The notes under the pieces are model-generated. The model was not told the DNA's origin and did no database searches. It saw only the letters and a list, made by a program, of their open reading frames with translations. 54,190 nt of DNA from a virus (taxonomy: Duplodnaviria > Caudoviricetes): IMG/VR virus record IMGVR_UViG_3300031605_000003, positions 1 through 54,190 of that record. One strand, written 5' to 3'. The translations under genes and the position numbers were made by a program. Shown in pieces: positions 16,077-26,623 of the stretch (its first letter is position 1; every line of letters begins with the position of its first letter).

Positions 16077-17826
16077 CATAGCTTGTAAAACCATTTTCTT
16101 TTACTACTTTTAGTACGGAATCTACCCTAGAAATCAGCTCATCCTTGTGAGATATTAGGAAAATGTTCTTTTGTTGAGTTCTACTCATATCTTTTAATAC
16201 AGCCATAGCTGACTCTACGCCTGATACATCCATACCAGCATCTACTAATTCATCTATGAATAATAAGTTGATCTGTTGATAAAGTGATTCCCATACATCT
16301 CTAAATGCCCAACTTAAACTTAAAATTAATCTGTTTCTTTCACCTCTACTTAAATTATCAAAATCTAATTCTCTACCCAATTCCTCAATTTGTACAGTTA
16401 AGTCGCTTTGGAATGTAACTGTGTGTGGCAATTTTACTTGTCCTAGGTAGTATGCTAGACGTTGATTTAAGTATGTTAAGTTTTGTTCTATTATTCTTGT
16501 TCTTATAAATGAATCTTTTGCTGTTAACAACTTATATAAAAAGTCCTGGTGCCTGTTTAAGTCTTCTAGCTCATTTATTTGCACATAGCTAACTTTCTGA
16601 ATAGCACCTTTCTTTAATTCTGTAATTTGTTCTGCATAAGGATCTTCTTTAGTTTCTGATTGTGTTAATTGTCTTTTCAAATCTGCTAAAGAACCTTTAT
16701 GATTGTATGCTTCATCAATTATGTCGTAATATGTGTCGGGTATAACACCTATGTCGCCAATGTCATCAACATTGTGTTGCACATTTGCAAGATCACTTTT
16801 TAATTTTTTTGTGTAATCTGTTGATTCTGTTAGTGTAGTGTTTAATTTATTAACTAAATGTTCGTGTTTGTCATTGTGTAATGCTTGTTCACACGTTGGA
16901 CATTTAGCATCATTGGCAAATTCTAAATCTTTTATAGTTTTTTCAACTTGCGTTTGTGCTTTAGTTAAAGAATCTTCATGATATGCTTTCTCTTTTTCTA
17001 GGTTTCTTAATGTCTTTACATCATCGGTATGTTTTGCAAGTTTTTTGTGTGCTTTTAGTTCCGCATTAATATCAACCTTTTCAAGATCTGTTATTGCAGT
17101 TGTAAAATTTTTATTGTCTTCGTCTTTTTGTGTTTGCCATGCACTGCTTCTTATTTTTAATGATTCAATTGATTCTTGTATTTTTTCATTAGAAGCAATT
17201 TTTGAATCTATTTTTATTTTTTCTTCTTGCAGTTCAAGTTTAGTTGCTTTTTGTTGTTCTTTAAGTATATCTGCTTTTTGACTTAACAGTGTTATACCTA
17301 ATAATTGTTCAATAATTTCTCTTTGTTCTGCTTGTTTAGTTGCAAGAAACGGTTGTGTGTATGTGTTTAAAGCAATTATGTTTTTAAACATAGCATGGGT
17401 CATACCAAGTAATCTGTTTATTTCTTTTTGTGTTTCTTTATTTTCGCCTTGTGCTTCATTTGAGCCTGTATTTTGTTCTATATTGTTTGCATAAAATTTT
17501 AATGTTTGTGGCTTACGTCCTCTTTCAATTGTGTACGTAACATTATTTTTTACAAAATTTACAGAAACCAACATAGCTGTATTATTAGTTTTATTAACAA
17601 GGTTATCTCTTCTTATATTTGTTAATGCTTCACCAAAGAACACATACGATAGTGCATTGATAATTGTAGTTTTACCAGTACCGTTTCTTGCACCAGCATC
17701 GTCACCACCCAGATCTAGATTCTCACCTAGTACTAAAATTAAGTGCTTGTTATCAAACGTAATTGCTTGAGCTTGATTGCCTACGCTCATAAAGTTTGTT
17801 ACTGTAAGATTTTTAATTATTAACAT
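16051..17826 (-). CDS. gp46: Recombination endonuclease subunit, SbcC/Rad50-like
   Basis: Walker A NGTGKTT, zinc hook CPTC, signature LSRGE, Walker B LLFIDE, ISH. Confidence 0.95.
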   Translation of the reverse strand: MLIIKNLTVTNFMSVGNQAQAITFDNKHLILVLGENLDLGGDDAGARNGTGKTTIINALSYVFFGEALTNIRRDNLVNKTNNTAMLVSVNFVKNNVTYTIERGRKPQTLKFYANNIEQNTGSNEAQGENKETQKEINRLLGMTHAMFKNIIALNTYTQPFLATKQAEQREIIEQLLGITLLSQKADILKEQQKATKLELQEEKIKIDSKIASNEKIQESIESLKIRSSAWQTQKDEDNKNFTTAITDLEKVDINAELKAHKKLAKHTDDVKTLRNLEKEKAYHEDSLTKAQTQVEKTIKDLEFANDAKCPTCEQALHNDKHEHLVNKLNTTLTESTDYTKKLKSDLANVQHNVDDIGDIGVIPDTYYDIIDEAYNHKGSLADLKRQLTQSETKEDPYAEQITELKKGAIQKVSYVQINELEDLNRHQDFLYKLLTAKDSFIRTRIIEQNLTYLNQRLAYYLGQVKLPHTVTFQSDLTVQIEELGRELDFDNLSRGERNRLILSLSWAFRDVWESLYQQINLLFIDELVDAGMDVSGVESAMAVLKDMSRTQQKNIFLISHKDELISRVDSVLKVVKENGFTSYANDVEILV

Positions 17827-18832
17827 CTAAATTATTATAAATTGCCATTAAAATTGATTTGTCGTAAGTTTCCGAATCAACGCCTTCTAATTGTTTTAGC
17901 ACAATTTGATCTACCGAATCGAATTTCTGTATTTGTACTAGTGGTTGTTGTGCCTTATCAATTTGTTCAGGTATTAATTGTAATTCTCTTAATTCATATT
18001 TTTCTATAAACGTTTCTCTTATAAAATTTGCTTCTTCGTATGATATTTTAATATCTAATGTAACTCTTACATACATTTTTGGTTTTAATACTTTGTCTGG
18101 ATCTGCAAGGAGTTCAGATATTTTAATTGTTCTATATCTTGGCATATCTGGCCAGTTGATATACTTGGGTTCGTTGCCCCATTCTAACGTCATCATTCCT
18201 CGTTCATCATCCCAAGCGTCTGCGTAGTTGTGCGGAAATGCGTTACCCATGTATGTTATATTTTTATTGTATTGTCTTTTATGGAAGTGTCCAGACCAAA
18301 CTTTTTCACAACCTGCAAAATGACCGGCTTTAATTGTGCCAATGTCTGGCATCTCTACCATTGCATTCATTTTAAAATACGGAAGTTCAAAGTGTCCAAA
18401 TACATATTTCTTTTTCATCTTTGCAATCTTTTTCCACTCGTCTCCAACTACCCACGGAATAATTGCTGTATCATCATCTTCATACCACTGATTAACAATA
18501 TGTATGTTAGGAATATTTCTAATATATTCCATAGAATTAATTTCTCTTTTGTCTCTGTAAAATAAATCATGATTACCCATGATTACATACACATTTTCAA
18601 ATGCTTGTCCTAATCTTTCCATATTAGATACAGTGTAGTTCATTGTGGAAACATTAGTTACTGATCTATGATGATGCCAGTCACCTAGAAATATACAAGT
18701 TTCACAACCTTGTGCTTTGGCCTGTTCTATAAACCAATATATAAATGCTTCACAGTCGTCGTTGTGTACTCTAGAATTACCTTTCATACCAAAGTGTATG
18801 TCCGTGAAACAAGCTACTTTTTTAAATAACAT
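17813..18832 (-). CDS. gp47: Recombination nuclease subunit, SbcD/Mre11-like
   Basis: DIH, GDWHH, GNHD, GHFE, GHFH phosphoesterase motifs. Confidence 0.95.
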   Translation of the reverse strand: MLFKKVACFTDIHFGMKGNSRVHNDDCEAFIYWFIEQAKAQGCETCIFLGDWHHHRSVTNVSTMNYTVSNMERLGQAFENVYVIMGNHDLFYRDKREINSMEYIRNIPNIHIVNQWYEDDDTAIIPWVVGDEWKKIAKMKKKYVFGHFELPYFKMNAMVEMPDIGTIKAGHFAGCEKVWSGHFHKRQYNKNITYMGNAFPHNYADAWDDERGMMTLEWGNEPKYINWPDMPRYRTIKISELLADPDKVLKPKMYVRVTLDIKISYEEANFIRETFIEKYELRELQLIPEQIDKAQQPLVQIQKFDSVDQIVLKQLEGVDSETYDKSILMAIYNNLDVNN

Positions 18833-18835
18833 ATA

Positions 18836-19816
18836 TTACCATTTCTTTTTAACAGGTGGTACATGATTAGTCATATCTACTTCTTTATATCCCACATTAG
18901 AAAAATCTTTTGGTTTTAATTCTCCTTTTTTACGGAATGCTCGATTTAGTTTTATTAATCCTGTTTTGTTCACAGTTTTAACTGGACCGTGTGCAGTTAA
19001 CATACGTTTTTTATGAGCATCTGTATTATTTGAATTAGCCATTTGTCGAGTAGAAGAAGGCATCATATGATTTTGTTCTAAAATGTCATCACGTATGTTT
19101 TGATTTTTCTTTTCAATGTTTAATATCCTTGTGAAACTGTTTGTAATTGCCGCAGTGTAATATGCAAAAGGATTTTCTGATTTGCTTTCATCAAACTGTA
19201 AACCAATTTGTGATAGTTGCATTAATGCTTGTGATTGCATTTCATCATTATACGTATAACCTCTCCAGTTTGCTCTAGTACCATAACGTTCACACAATTT
19301 CATAAACATCATTGCAAGTGAGTTTGTTATTTTTCCGTATGCACAATCAAAATGTCCGTTTTCTAAACCGTCTTTCCAATGTGATTTGCCTATACAAGTT
19401 GGTTTACCTTTCTTATTAATCTTATAATGTTGAAATGGAGGAAAATTACATTTAGTATGATGATCTGCTACTGTTTTTGGATTCTTTTTTCTTCCTGGTT
19501 GTAAAGGGACATGGTCAAACATCATTACTCTAAATATTAGATCAGTTTTTTCAAGTGTTCTAGTACTAACTGTATAATCACCTAATTTTATTTTTTTTAG
19601 TCCGCTGTCTTTGGCTTTTTGCCAAGCTTCTTGTGTTAATCTTTTTGATTTATTTTTTCTTGCCTGTGCTATTGCAGAGGGGTTGATTTTTTTAAGATTT
19701 GGTACAATTACATCATAACGTGCATCTTCGTCTGTAATGTACGAACAAAATGTATTTTTGCTGGCGTGTATTTGTGCCAACAGATCCCGGTTGTTTAAGT
19801 ATTTCACTCTCTTCAT
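18836..19816 (-). CDS. gp55: Late-transcription sigma factor (gp55-like)
   Basis: YLNNRDL, NWRGYTYNDEM, FDESKSENPFAYYT, RILNIEKK; T4 synteny with gp47/gp46. Confidence 0.9.
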   Translation of the reverse strand: MKRVKYLNNRDLLAQIHASKNTFCSYITDEDARYDVIVPNLKKINPSAIAQARKNKSKRLTQEAWQKAKDSGLKKIKLGDYTVSTRTLEKTDLIFRVMMFDHVPLQPGRKKNPKTVADHHTKCNFPPFQHYKINKKGKPTCIGKSHWKDGLENGHFDCAYGKITNSLAMMFMKLCERYGTRANWRGYTYNDEMQSQALMQLSQIGLQFDESKSENPFAYYTAAITNSFTRILNIEKKNQNIRDDILEQNHMMPSSTRQMANSNNTDAHKKRMLTAHGPVKTVNKTGLIKLNRAFRKKGELKPKDFSNVGYKEVDMTNHVPPVKKKW

Positions 19817-19906
19817 AATTATCCTCTATATTAATGTAAGTGTGACCACAAACAGGTCTGTTAGAATTGTGTCGTATGAGTAATTAAGTGCGCCTTTAAT
19901 GATGCC

Positions 19907-19914
19907 TATAAATA
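19907..19914 (+). promoter_or_regulatory. Late promoter TATAAATA for the baseplate operon
   Basis: Exact consensus upstream of 19958. Confidence 0.8.
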
Positions 19915-19921
19915 TTGTTTA

Positions 19922-19950
19922 AGTATACAAAATTTAACAAGGAAACACAA
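19922..19950 (-). promoter_or_regulatory. Sigma70-like promoter for gp55-47-46
   Basis: TTGTGT-17 nt-TATACT on the minus strand, about 100 nt upstream of the gp55 ATG. Confidence 0.55.
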
Positions 19951-19957
19951 CTGAAAA

Positions 19958-20815
19958 ATGGCAACAATTAAACAAGCATTAGGTAAAGCAGGCGGGAATA
20001 TTTTTAACAGAACTTTAGGTAGACTGTTTGGATCGGGCATCTCACGAAATGACCACATCAGAAGCGCCACTGCCGCATGGTCTGGAAGAAAAGATGAAAG
20101 AGATTGGAGAGTTCGTCTTACAATACCACAAGACGGACCATTACAGAACTTCTTTTTTGAGCAAGAAAATTTAGGTAATAATCGACTTGCACCATTGCAT
20201 GATATTGGCGGAATTTTTTGGCCACTAACACCATCAATGATGATACAGCATACCGCTAATTATAATGCATTATCACAAACGCACAGTAACTATCCGTTTC
20301 AAGCGTATCAAAATTCACAAGTAGATCAAATGAATATTATAGGTGAGTTTCCGGTACAAAATCAACAAGACGCATTATATTGGGTAGCCGCTGTAAATTT
20401 TTTAAGAACAGTAACTAAAATGTTTTTTGGCAAAGACGAAGATAACTTAAAAGGTAATCCACCACCAATATTACATTTAAATGGATATGGTGACCATATG
20501 TTTCAAAACGTACCGGTTATTGTTAATACATTTAACGTTGAATTAAGATCAGGAATTGATTATATTTCTACAAGCCAAGATCAAAAATTTCAACGACACA
20601 GTCCATTATATAAACAAGAGGGTAACCCAAATATTCATGACGACACTACTCCTGTATATGATCCAAATCAATTAGACCAAACATGGGCACCAACAATTTC
20701 TAATATTTCAGTACTAGTAACACCAATTTACTCTAGAGAGTCAATTAAAAACTTTTCACTTAAAGATTTTGGAGCCGGCAGGTTAAGAGGCAAAGATCAG
20801 ATAGGATTTATTTAA
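19958..20815 (+). CDS. Baseplate / tail-tube initiator protein (gp48/gp54-like)
   Basis: FLRTVTKMFFG, GNPPPILHLNGYG..F.NVPVIV tube-initiator pattern; precedes the gp53-like gene. Confidence 0.65.
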   Translation: MATIKQALGKAGGNIFNRTLGRLFGSGISRNDHIRSATAAWSGRKDERDWRVRLTIPQDGPLQNFFFEQENLGNNRLAPLHDIGGIFWPLTPSMMIQHTANYNALSQTHSNYPFQAYQNSQVDQMNIIGEFPVQNQQDALYWVAAVNFLRTVTKMFFGKDEDNLKGNPPPILHLNGYGDHMFQNVPVIVNTFNVELRSGIDYISTSQDQKFQRHSPLYKQEGNPNIHDDTTPVYDPNQLDQTWAPTISNISVLVTPIYSRESIKNFSLKDFGAGRLRGKDQIGFI

Positions 20816-21114
20816 TGGCCAAATATAATATTACATCGCCGTATTTTGCTACAACACAAACTGATACAGCACTTGATATTTTTGTGCCTAGAACAATTAC
20901 AGCAGAAGGCGATGACCAAACGTACACAATAGAAAGAACATATGCGTATCGTCCAGATTTATTAGCATATGATTTATACGGCTCACCAAGACTATGGTGG
21001 GTTTTTGCACAAAGAAATCCAGATGAGATTGAGGACCCTATATATGATTTTAAACCGGGTGTAACAATCCAGTTACCTAAAAAGTCAAATATACAATCAG
21101 ATTTAGGAGTATAA
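20815..21114 (+). CDS. gp53: Baseplate wedge protein, LysM-like (gp53-like)
   Basis: YRPDLLAYDLYGSPRLWWVFAQRN. Confidence 0.85.
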   Translation: MAKYNITSPYFATTQTDTALDIFVPRTITAEGDDQTYTIERTYAYRPDLLAYDLYGSPRLWWVFAQRNPDEIEDPIYDFKPGVTIQLPKKSNIQSDLGV

Positions 21115-21118
21115 ATTA

Positions 21119-23854
21119 ATGAAAGTTTATACTAAGATAGTTTACGACAAAGACGATAATATCATAGAAGAACATTCCTACAATTATGAAGGTCTTGTTG
21201 CTCACGCGAAGACAAAAAAAGTAACACTAGGTGATGGCACAGTAGTTGATATGGGTCCTATGGAATATTCAAACTACATAAAAAAAATTAATTTAGATGA
21301 ACAAACGGCAGAGTATATAAAGTCGTCGACCCACACTGATTTCACAATAAAAGATCATATAAACACAACTTATACACCATACACCCCAACTATTAAAACA
21401 ACCACCCCAACCTCCATCTATTCTGGTGCACGTTCGCCAAAGTCATATAAAAAAGCTATATCATTAAGCGAAGAAAAATATCACCATGACTTTGACGGCA
21501 TTAATTTTTCTAAAACAGATTTAAGAAGATCAAGTGGTTTAGAATTAACTGAGTTAATTACTACACAAACAGATGGTGCAACGATACAAGATAGTACCGA
21601 GCAGTTTACCAAAGCTGACAATGAGCTACATCAGTTTGCTTCATACAATACTTTATTCACACTATCAGCTTTAACAGAAGAGGAAATTAAAAATCCAAGA
21701 ATGTATTTGAACGACCCAGTGCATGATGTTATAGCACAAAGCGCCGGCATTGGTCCAAACTTTAGGACAGCAGGCAAAGACCCATATAATATACATAAAA
21801 AAAAGGGTGTAGATCAGTATGCCACATCTGCAGAAAAAACAAAACAAGGATTTGATACAATTTCTGCATCGCAGGCCATACTAGCAAGAAATCATGATAT
21901 ATTTTTTGAGGATGTTAATATAACTTCTACAGTATCGCCAGGTGAAGAAAGAAATACAATGAGTTTTACAAAAATAGATTTTGAATTGCACGAACCATAC
22001 AGCATATCATTTGTAGAAAAAATGAGAGCCGCGGCATATAATAGTGGCTATAAGGATTATCTAGATGCACCTTTTTTATTAACCATTGAATGGAAAGGGT
22101 GGAGAGGAGAAAAAGCACACTCGATGGAAGTTAAGAGCGGTACAACTGGATCCCCTATATATAGAAAAATACCTATAGTAATATCTCGTGTTGAATTTGA
22201 TGTAAACGAAGGCGGGGCAAGATATCAAATACAAGGAACATCTCACGCAGAATTTGCCATGATGGACAGATTTCATGTGGTAAGACAAGAAATGACGATA
22301 CAAAAAACTCACCTGGCACAATGGGGAAAAGAATTTTCAATCCAAATGGAAAAACAACAGAAAAGTGAAGTTGAACAAGGCACTAGAACCCAAGGCTTTG
22401 AAGACGTATATGTATTTGAGTTTGACGAGAAGTTACAGCGATTGTGTGCCAATTTATATTCAGCTGAAGGTACAACTGTTACAGTAGGTCCTGGCAGTAG
22501 TAATCCTAGAAAAGTCGCTTCCCCGGGAGCCTCGTCTGCCCCTACAAATAAAACAAATATTCCTCCAAATACGTCAGTAATGAAAGTAATGGAAGATACT
22601 ATAATGGCAACACAGTTTTTTCAAGATTTAGTAAACGACTTTTGGCTAGAGTATCTTACAGGAACACAAATATTGAGTACTACTGCTAAAAAAAATCACG
22701 GATGGAGCAAGAAAGATATAGAAAATAAAGAACACTTTAACCCAGATAACCAAGACAAACTTGCTAATATAACTGCACAAAATACAATGATCCCTTGGTT
22801 TAAAATTATTAGCAGTGTGCATACTCAGATGAAAAAAGATTTAGATCCTATTACTAGAATGCAACCTAAAACAATAGTGTACAAAGCGGTCTATTACGAA
22901 TTTCATATTTTAAAATTACTGGTACCTGGCATGAGTATAGGAAGAGTTGATTGGGAAAAAACAGTTCAAAAAAGATACAATTATCTATATACAGGAGAAA
23001 ACTTAGATATACAAAATTTACGAATAAATTACAAAACCGGATACTACCATAGAAATGTTGTTACACCACCACCGTCAGGCCTGGACAAAGTATTTGATAC
23101 TGTACAACGAGGTTGGAGATTACTCCGGGGAAATGATCCAGCAACATCAGCCGAACTAACACCTTTAAGATCGTATCCGTCATTAATGAAATCAACAAAT
23201 ATAACATCTGGAATGGACGAACAGCAGAACGTAAAAGTTGTAGAATTTTATGATTATCTTGTGAATCCAACTGCAGATATGATGAGATTAGAAATGGAAA
23301 TTTTAGGAGATCCATGTTATGTTGCACAAGATATGTATGTTGGTCCTGGTGGCGACGTAAAAGCAAAAAAACCTATGGAAATGTCGGACGGCTCATGGAA
23401 CAAGGCACTAAATTGCTTTAACATAGATAATGCAATGCCTATAATACATTTAAAATACAGAATGCCTGCAGACCCAATAGAAAAGACAGGTACTATGTTT
23501 GATACCGATAGTGCTGGTAAATTAACAGCAGAGTCAAATTTATTCTTCTCAGGAATATACCAAGTAAGTAAAGTAGAAAGCAGTTTTAAAAGTGGACAAT
23601 TTATACAGATATTACATATGGTAAGATTAAACGGTCAACAAGGCCCAGGAACTGCACCGTTTAAAGTGAACCATGAAATTAAAAATATTGACAAAGTAAC
23701 CGAAGCAGGAGAGAACCAAAACATTACAGTTGATGATGTAAACATGGCAATAACACCACTGAATGAGGTTTTGAAAAATAACGAGAACCTATCTGGCTAT
23801 GCATTGAAAATAAAAAAATTGAATGAATTGAATGAGGCATTAAAAGAAAAATAG
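21119..23854 (+). CDS. Baseplate hub protein (gp27/phage late-control-D-like)
   Basis: Position between gp53 and gp5; EILGDP and FSGIYQVSKVESSFKSGQFIQ hub-type motifs. Confidence 0.55.
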   Translation: MKVYTKIVYDKDDNIIEEHSYNYEGLVAHAKTKKVTLGDGTVVDMGPMEYSNYIKKINLDEQTAEYIKSSTHTDFTIKDHINTTYTPYTPTIKTTTPTSIYSGARSPKSYKKAISLSEEKYHHDFDGINFSKTDLRRSSGLELTELITTQTDGATIQDSTEQFTKADNELHQFASYNTLFTLSALTEEEIKNPRMYLNDPVHDVIAQSAGIGPNFRTAGKDPYNIHKKKGVDQYATSAEKTKQGFDTISASQAILARNHDIFFEDVNITSTVSPGEERNTMSFTKIDFELHEPYSISFVEKMRAAAYNSGYKDYLDAPFLLTIEWKGWRGEKAHSMEVKSGTTGSPIYRKIPIVISRVEFDVNEGGARYQIQGTSHAEFAMMDRFHVVRQEMTIQKTHLAQWGKEFSIQMEKQQKSEVEQGTRTQGFEDVYVFEFDEKLQRLCANLYSAEGTTVTVGPGSSNPRKVASPGASSAPTNKTNIPPNTSVMKVMEDTIMATQFFQDLVNDFWLEYLTGTQILSTTAKKNHGWSKKDIENKEHFNPDNQDKLANITAQNTMIPWFKIISSVHTQMKKDLDPITRMQPKTIVYKAVYYEFHILKLLVPGMSIGRVDWEKTVQKRYNYLYTGENLDIQNLRINYKTGYYHRNVVTPPPSGLDKVFDTVQRGWRLLRGNDPATSAELTPLRSYPSLMKSTNITSGMDEQQNVKVVEFYDYLVNPTADMMRLEMEILGDPCYVAQDMYVGPGGDVKAKKPMEMSDGSWNKALNCFNIDNAMPIIHLKYRMPADPIEKTGTMFDTDSAGKLTAESNLFFSGIYQVSKVESSFKSGQFIQILHMVRLNGQQGPGTAPFKVNHEIKNIDKVTEAGENQNITVDDVNMAITPLNEVLKNNENLSGYALKIKKLNELNEALKEK

Positions 23855-23857
23855 AAA

Positions 23858-25351
23858 ATGACTGATCACAGAGGAGACGTATCCAGTAAAGGATTAGACA
23901 CAGATTTAAAATCTTACGTAAAAAGAAATCCTGGTCCGTATATAGGAAGAATAAAAAGTACAGCCGATCCTTTAAGAATGGGAAGATTAGGTGTAAACAT
24001 TATTGCAAAAACAGGAACCCTTACTCCAAAATTTGAACAGTTAACTTGGGCTAGTTACCTTTCACCTTTTTATGGAGCAAAAAGTAGAGAAGGAATTAGC
24101 ACAACAAGTGCATATGATCCACAATCTAACGGACACTCGTATGGAATGTGGTTTGTGCCACCAGATATAGACACAGATGTACTAGTGATTTATGTTGAAG
24201 GAAATCAAAAAGAAGAAAATGCATTTTGGCTTGGCTGTGTACAACAACCAGTAATGAATCATATGATTCCGGGTCATGCCGCAAATGACCAAGCTATGGA
24301 ACCACCTCCACCACCGTCATCTACAACAACTGAAGATTTATATGGTACAAAACAAGTACCAGCCGGAGAAATAAACAGAAAAATATGGAAAGATGCACAA
24401 CCAGGAGTAGTTGGGACAGGGTATTATCCAGTAAATGACAAATTAGCAGACCAATTAAAAACGCAAGGATTAATAAAAGATCCGATTAGAGGTACAACAA
24501 CTTCTTCAGCACAAAGAGAAGCACCAAGTCAAGTGTTTGGAATTAATACACCAGGTAGAATTAGAGCAGACAGTAGGACAATACCAATAGAAATAGATAC
24601 TAACAGTGCGTTTATAGAGACACCAGTTGACAGAGACCCTGGACACAGTTTTGTAATGGACGATGGAGATGAAACAGGAGAAAATCAATTAACAAGAATA
24701 AGAACTGCATCAGGACACCAATTATTAATGCATGACACAGAAGGTGTTGTGTATATTGCTAATGCATCAGGAAATGCATGGATTGAAATGACCAGAGATG
24801 GTAGAATAGATATCTATGCTGGAGCAGGCGGAATTAATTTAAGAACCGATGGAGATTTTAATTTACACAGTGAAACAAATATTAATTTTCACGCAAAAAG
24901 GAGTATTAATTTTTCATCACAACAAGATGTAGTAGTTAATGCAGAAAGATATTCATCAACAATAGGACAGCAAGGAATATTTGTAAATTCAGCAAACGGA
25001 AAAGTTATGACTCATGGTGCAAACGGAATATCATCGTACACACCTGCACAACAGACGCACGGGGCCAGTGGACAATTTCATCTTCAAGGATCGCAAGTAC
25101 GCTTTAACGATCCAATGGGTCCTCCAGGAGCAGGAACGTCACACTGGGGACCAACATGGTTAACACCAAATGCAATGGGCATAATGGATTTTGCCGCAGG
25201 TGATGTTGACATCACTGTAAAAGAAGGAACACAATTATTAGAAGCTAACAGTACAACAACAAAAACAACTGTGCATAGATTTGTAACACACGAACCAATG
25301 CAAAGGTTAAGAGGATTCCCATCAGAAGGAATACAACCATACGATTTTTAA
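23858..25351 (+). CDS. gp5: Baseplate spike protein (gp5/VgrG-like, no lysozyme domain seen)
   Basis: OB-fold DPLRMGRLGV, GMWFVPPDID..VLV; beta-helix region RTASGHQLLMHD. Confidence 0.8.
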   Translation: MTDHRGDVSSKGLDTDLKSYVKRNPGPYIGRIKSTADPLRMGRLGVNIIAKTGTLTPKFEQLTWASYLSPFYGAKSREGISTTSAYDPQSNGHSYGMWFVPPDIDTDVLVIYVEGNQKEENAFWLGCVQQPVMNHMIPGHAANDQAMEPPPPPSSTTTEDLYGTKQVPAGEINRKIWKDAQPGVVGTGYYPVNDKLADQLKTQGLIKDPIRGTTTSSAQREAPSQVFGINTPGRIRADSRTIPIEIDTNSAFIETPVDRDPGHSFVMDDGDETGENQLTRIRTASGHQLLMHDTEGVVYIANASGNAWIEMTRDGRIDIYAGAGGINLRTDGDFNLHSETNINFHAKRSINFSSQQDVVVNAERYSSTIGQQGIFVNSANGKVMTHGANGISSYTPAQQTHGASGQFHLQGSQVRFNDPMGPPGAGTSHWGPTWLTPNAMGIMDFAAGDVDITVKEGTQLLEANSTTTKTTVHRFVTHEPMQRLRGFPSEGIQPYDF

Positions 25352-25363
25352 AGAGGACAAACA

Positions 25364-26176
25364 ATGAGTAAAACATGGATAGACACTAGTGGACAAAAAT
25401 GGTATACCGCTGATAACGGAACTACGATTAAAGTTACTAAATCTATGGACAGACAAAAAGAATATTATCAAAACGTATATAAACCAGTTAAAGCAGACAC
25501 GAGAAATATTTCACTTAAACAAAAATTAATAGAAAATGCAAAATGGAATAGGCTTGCAAAACAACCCGGCACCCCAGAATTTATGGAGCAGAGGAACAGA
25601 ATTTCATCTACAGATACAATTAGGATAGCACAGTATCAATCAGATCTTATAACATACATTGATAAAAAAATGGGAAGTTCAACCGACACAACAAAAAGAA
25701 GAGCTCTAGCAGATGAATTTCGTTCAACATATGCTACAATGTATAAAGTACAAAGTTTCTCACCGGTGAGATTAACAGACATAAGTCACACATTAAATTC
25801 ATTAACAACAGAAACTATTGGAAAAATAACACTAGGAAACATTAACCAACTTAAAGATCAGTTATTAACAGATGTTTCAGGACAAATTTTTCAAATAGGA
25901 AAAAAGAAACTTGGGGATTTAACAAGCATTGGTAGACCAAATATGTTAGATGTTTCAGGATACATAGGTGGAAATGAGTTAGCATCAAAAATTTATGACG
26001 TACAAACAGTAACAAAAACTATCAACAATATTGTTGCAGGGCAGATAACAAGTGTAACACAAATAACAAACCTTGAAAGATTTATGCCATCAGGAAATTT
26101 TGCAGATTTTGGAATGAGTATAAAAACAATGGCTTCAAATTTAGGTGGAGCAATTAAGAGATTTTTTAAGTGGTAA
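25364..26176 (+). CDS. Hypothetical baseplate-region protein
   Basis: 270 aa, GAGGA SD, between gp5 and gp25. Confidence 0.65.
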   Translation: MSKTWIDTSGQKWYTADNGTTIKVTKSMDRQKEYYQNVYKPVKADTRNISLKQKLIENAKWNRLAKQPGTPEFMEQRNRISSTDTIRIAQYQSDLITYIDKKMGSSTDTTKRRALADEFRSTYATMYKVQSFSPVRLTDISHTLNSLTTETIGKITLGNINQLKDQLLTDVSGQIFQIGKKKLGDLTSIGRPNMLDVSGYIGGNELASKIYDVQTVTKTINNIVAGQITSVTQITNLERFMPSGNFADFGMSIKTMASNLGGAIKRFFKW

Positions 26177-26189
26177 ATATTGGTAATAT

Positions 26190-26579
26190 ATGGCTAACAA
26201 TTTAAACACAGTAACTTTTAAAGGGTTTAGTTCTCGTGCAGATAAAAAGAACTTTAAACTCTATGACTTTGAATGTGCAAAACAAGATTTGCTCAATAGA
26301 TTGTCTGTGAGAAAAGGTGAGAGAGTTGAAAATCCAGAATTTGGTACAATAATATACGATTGTATATTTGAACCACTAACAACACAACTTAAAGAAGCAA
26401 TAGTTTCCGACATAACAGAAAATTTAAACGCTGATCCTCGTATAAGCACTCAAGAAATATTGTTATCTGAGGCACATCATGGCATTGCCATACAAGCAAC
26501 AATAACATATGTTCCGTTAGATATTACTGAAAAACTTCGGTTTCACTTCGATGAAAACGCATTACTTCGTCTATCTTAA
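26190..26579 (+). CDS. gp25: Baseplate wedge subunit gp25-like
   Basis: RKGERVENPEFGT.I...IFEP, DPRI; GTAAATA upstream. Confidence 0.92.
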   Translation: MANNLNTVTFKGFSSRADKKNFKLYDFECAKQDLLNRLSVRKGERVENPEFGTIIYDCIFEPLTTQLKEAIVSDITENLNADPRISTQEILLSEAHHGIAIQATITYVPLDITEKLRFHFDENALLRLS

Positions 26580-26599
26580 TATACGCACATAATTAATAC

Positions 26600-26607
26600 T
26601 ATAAATA
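26600..26607 (+). promoter_or_regulatory. Late promoter TATAAATA
   Basis: Exact consensus upstream of gp6. Confidence 0.8.
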
Positions 26608-26623
26608 TTGATGTAAACGTATT

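Noticed and set aside
23858-26176. gp5 and 25364..26176 as one frameshifted or split gene
   Set aside because: The second ORF has its own GAGGA SD and ATG; this cannot be supported without homologue alignment.
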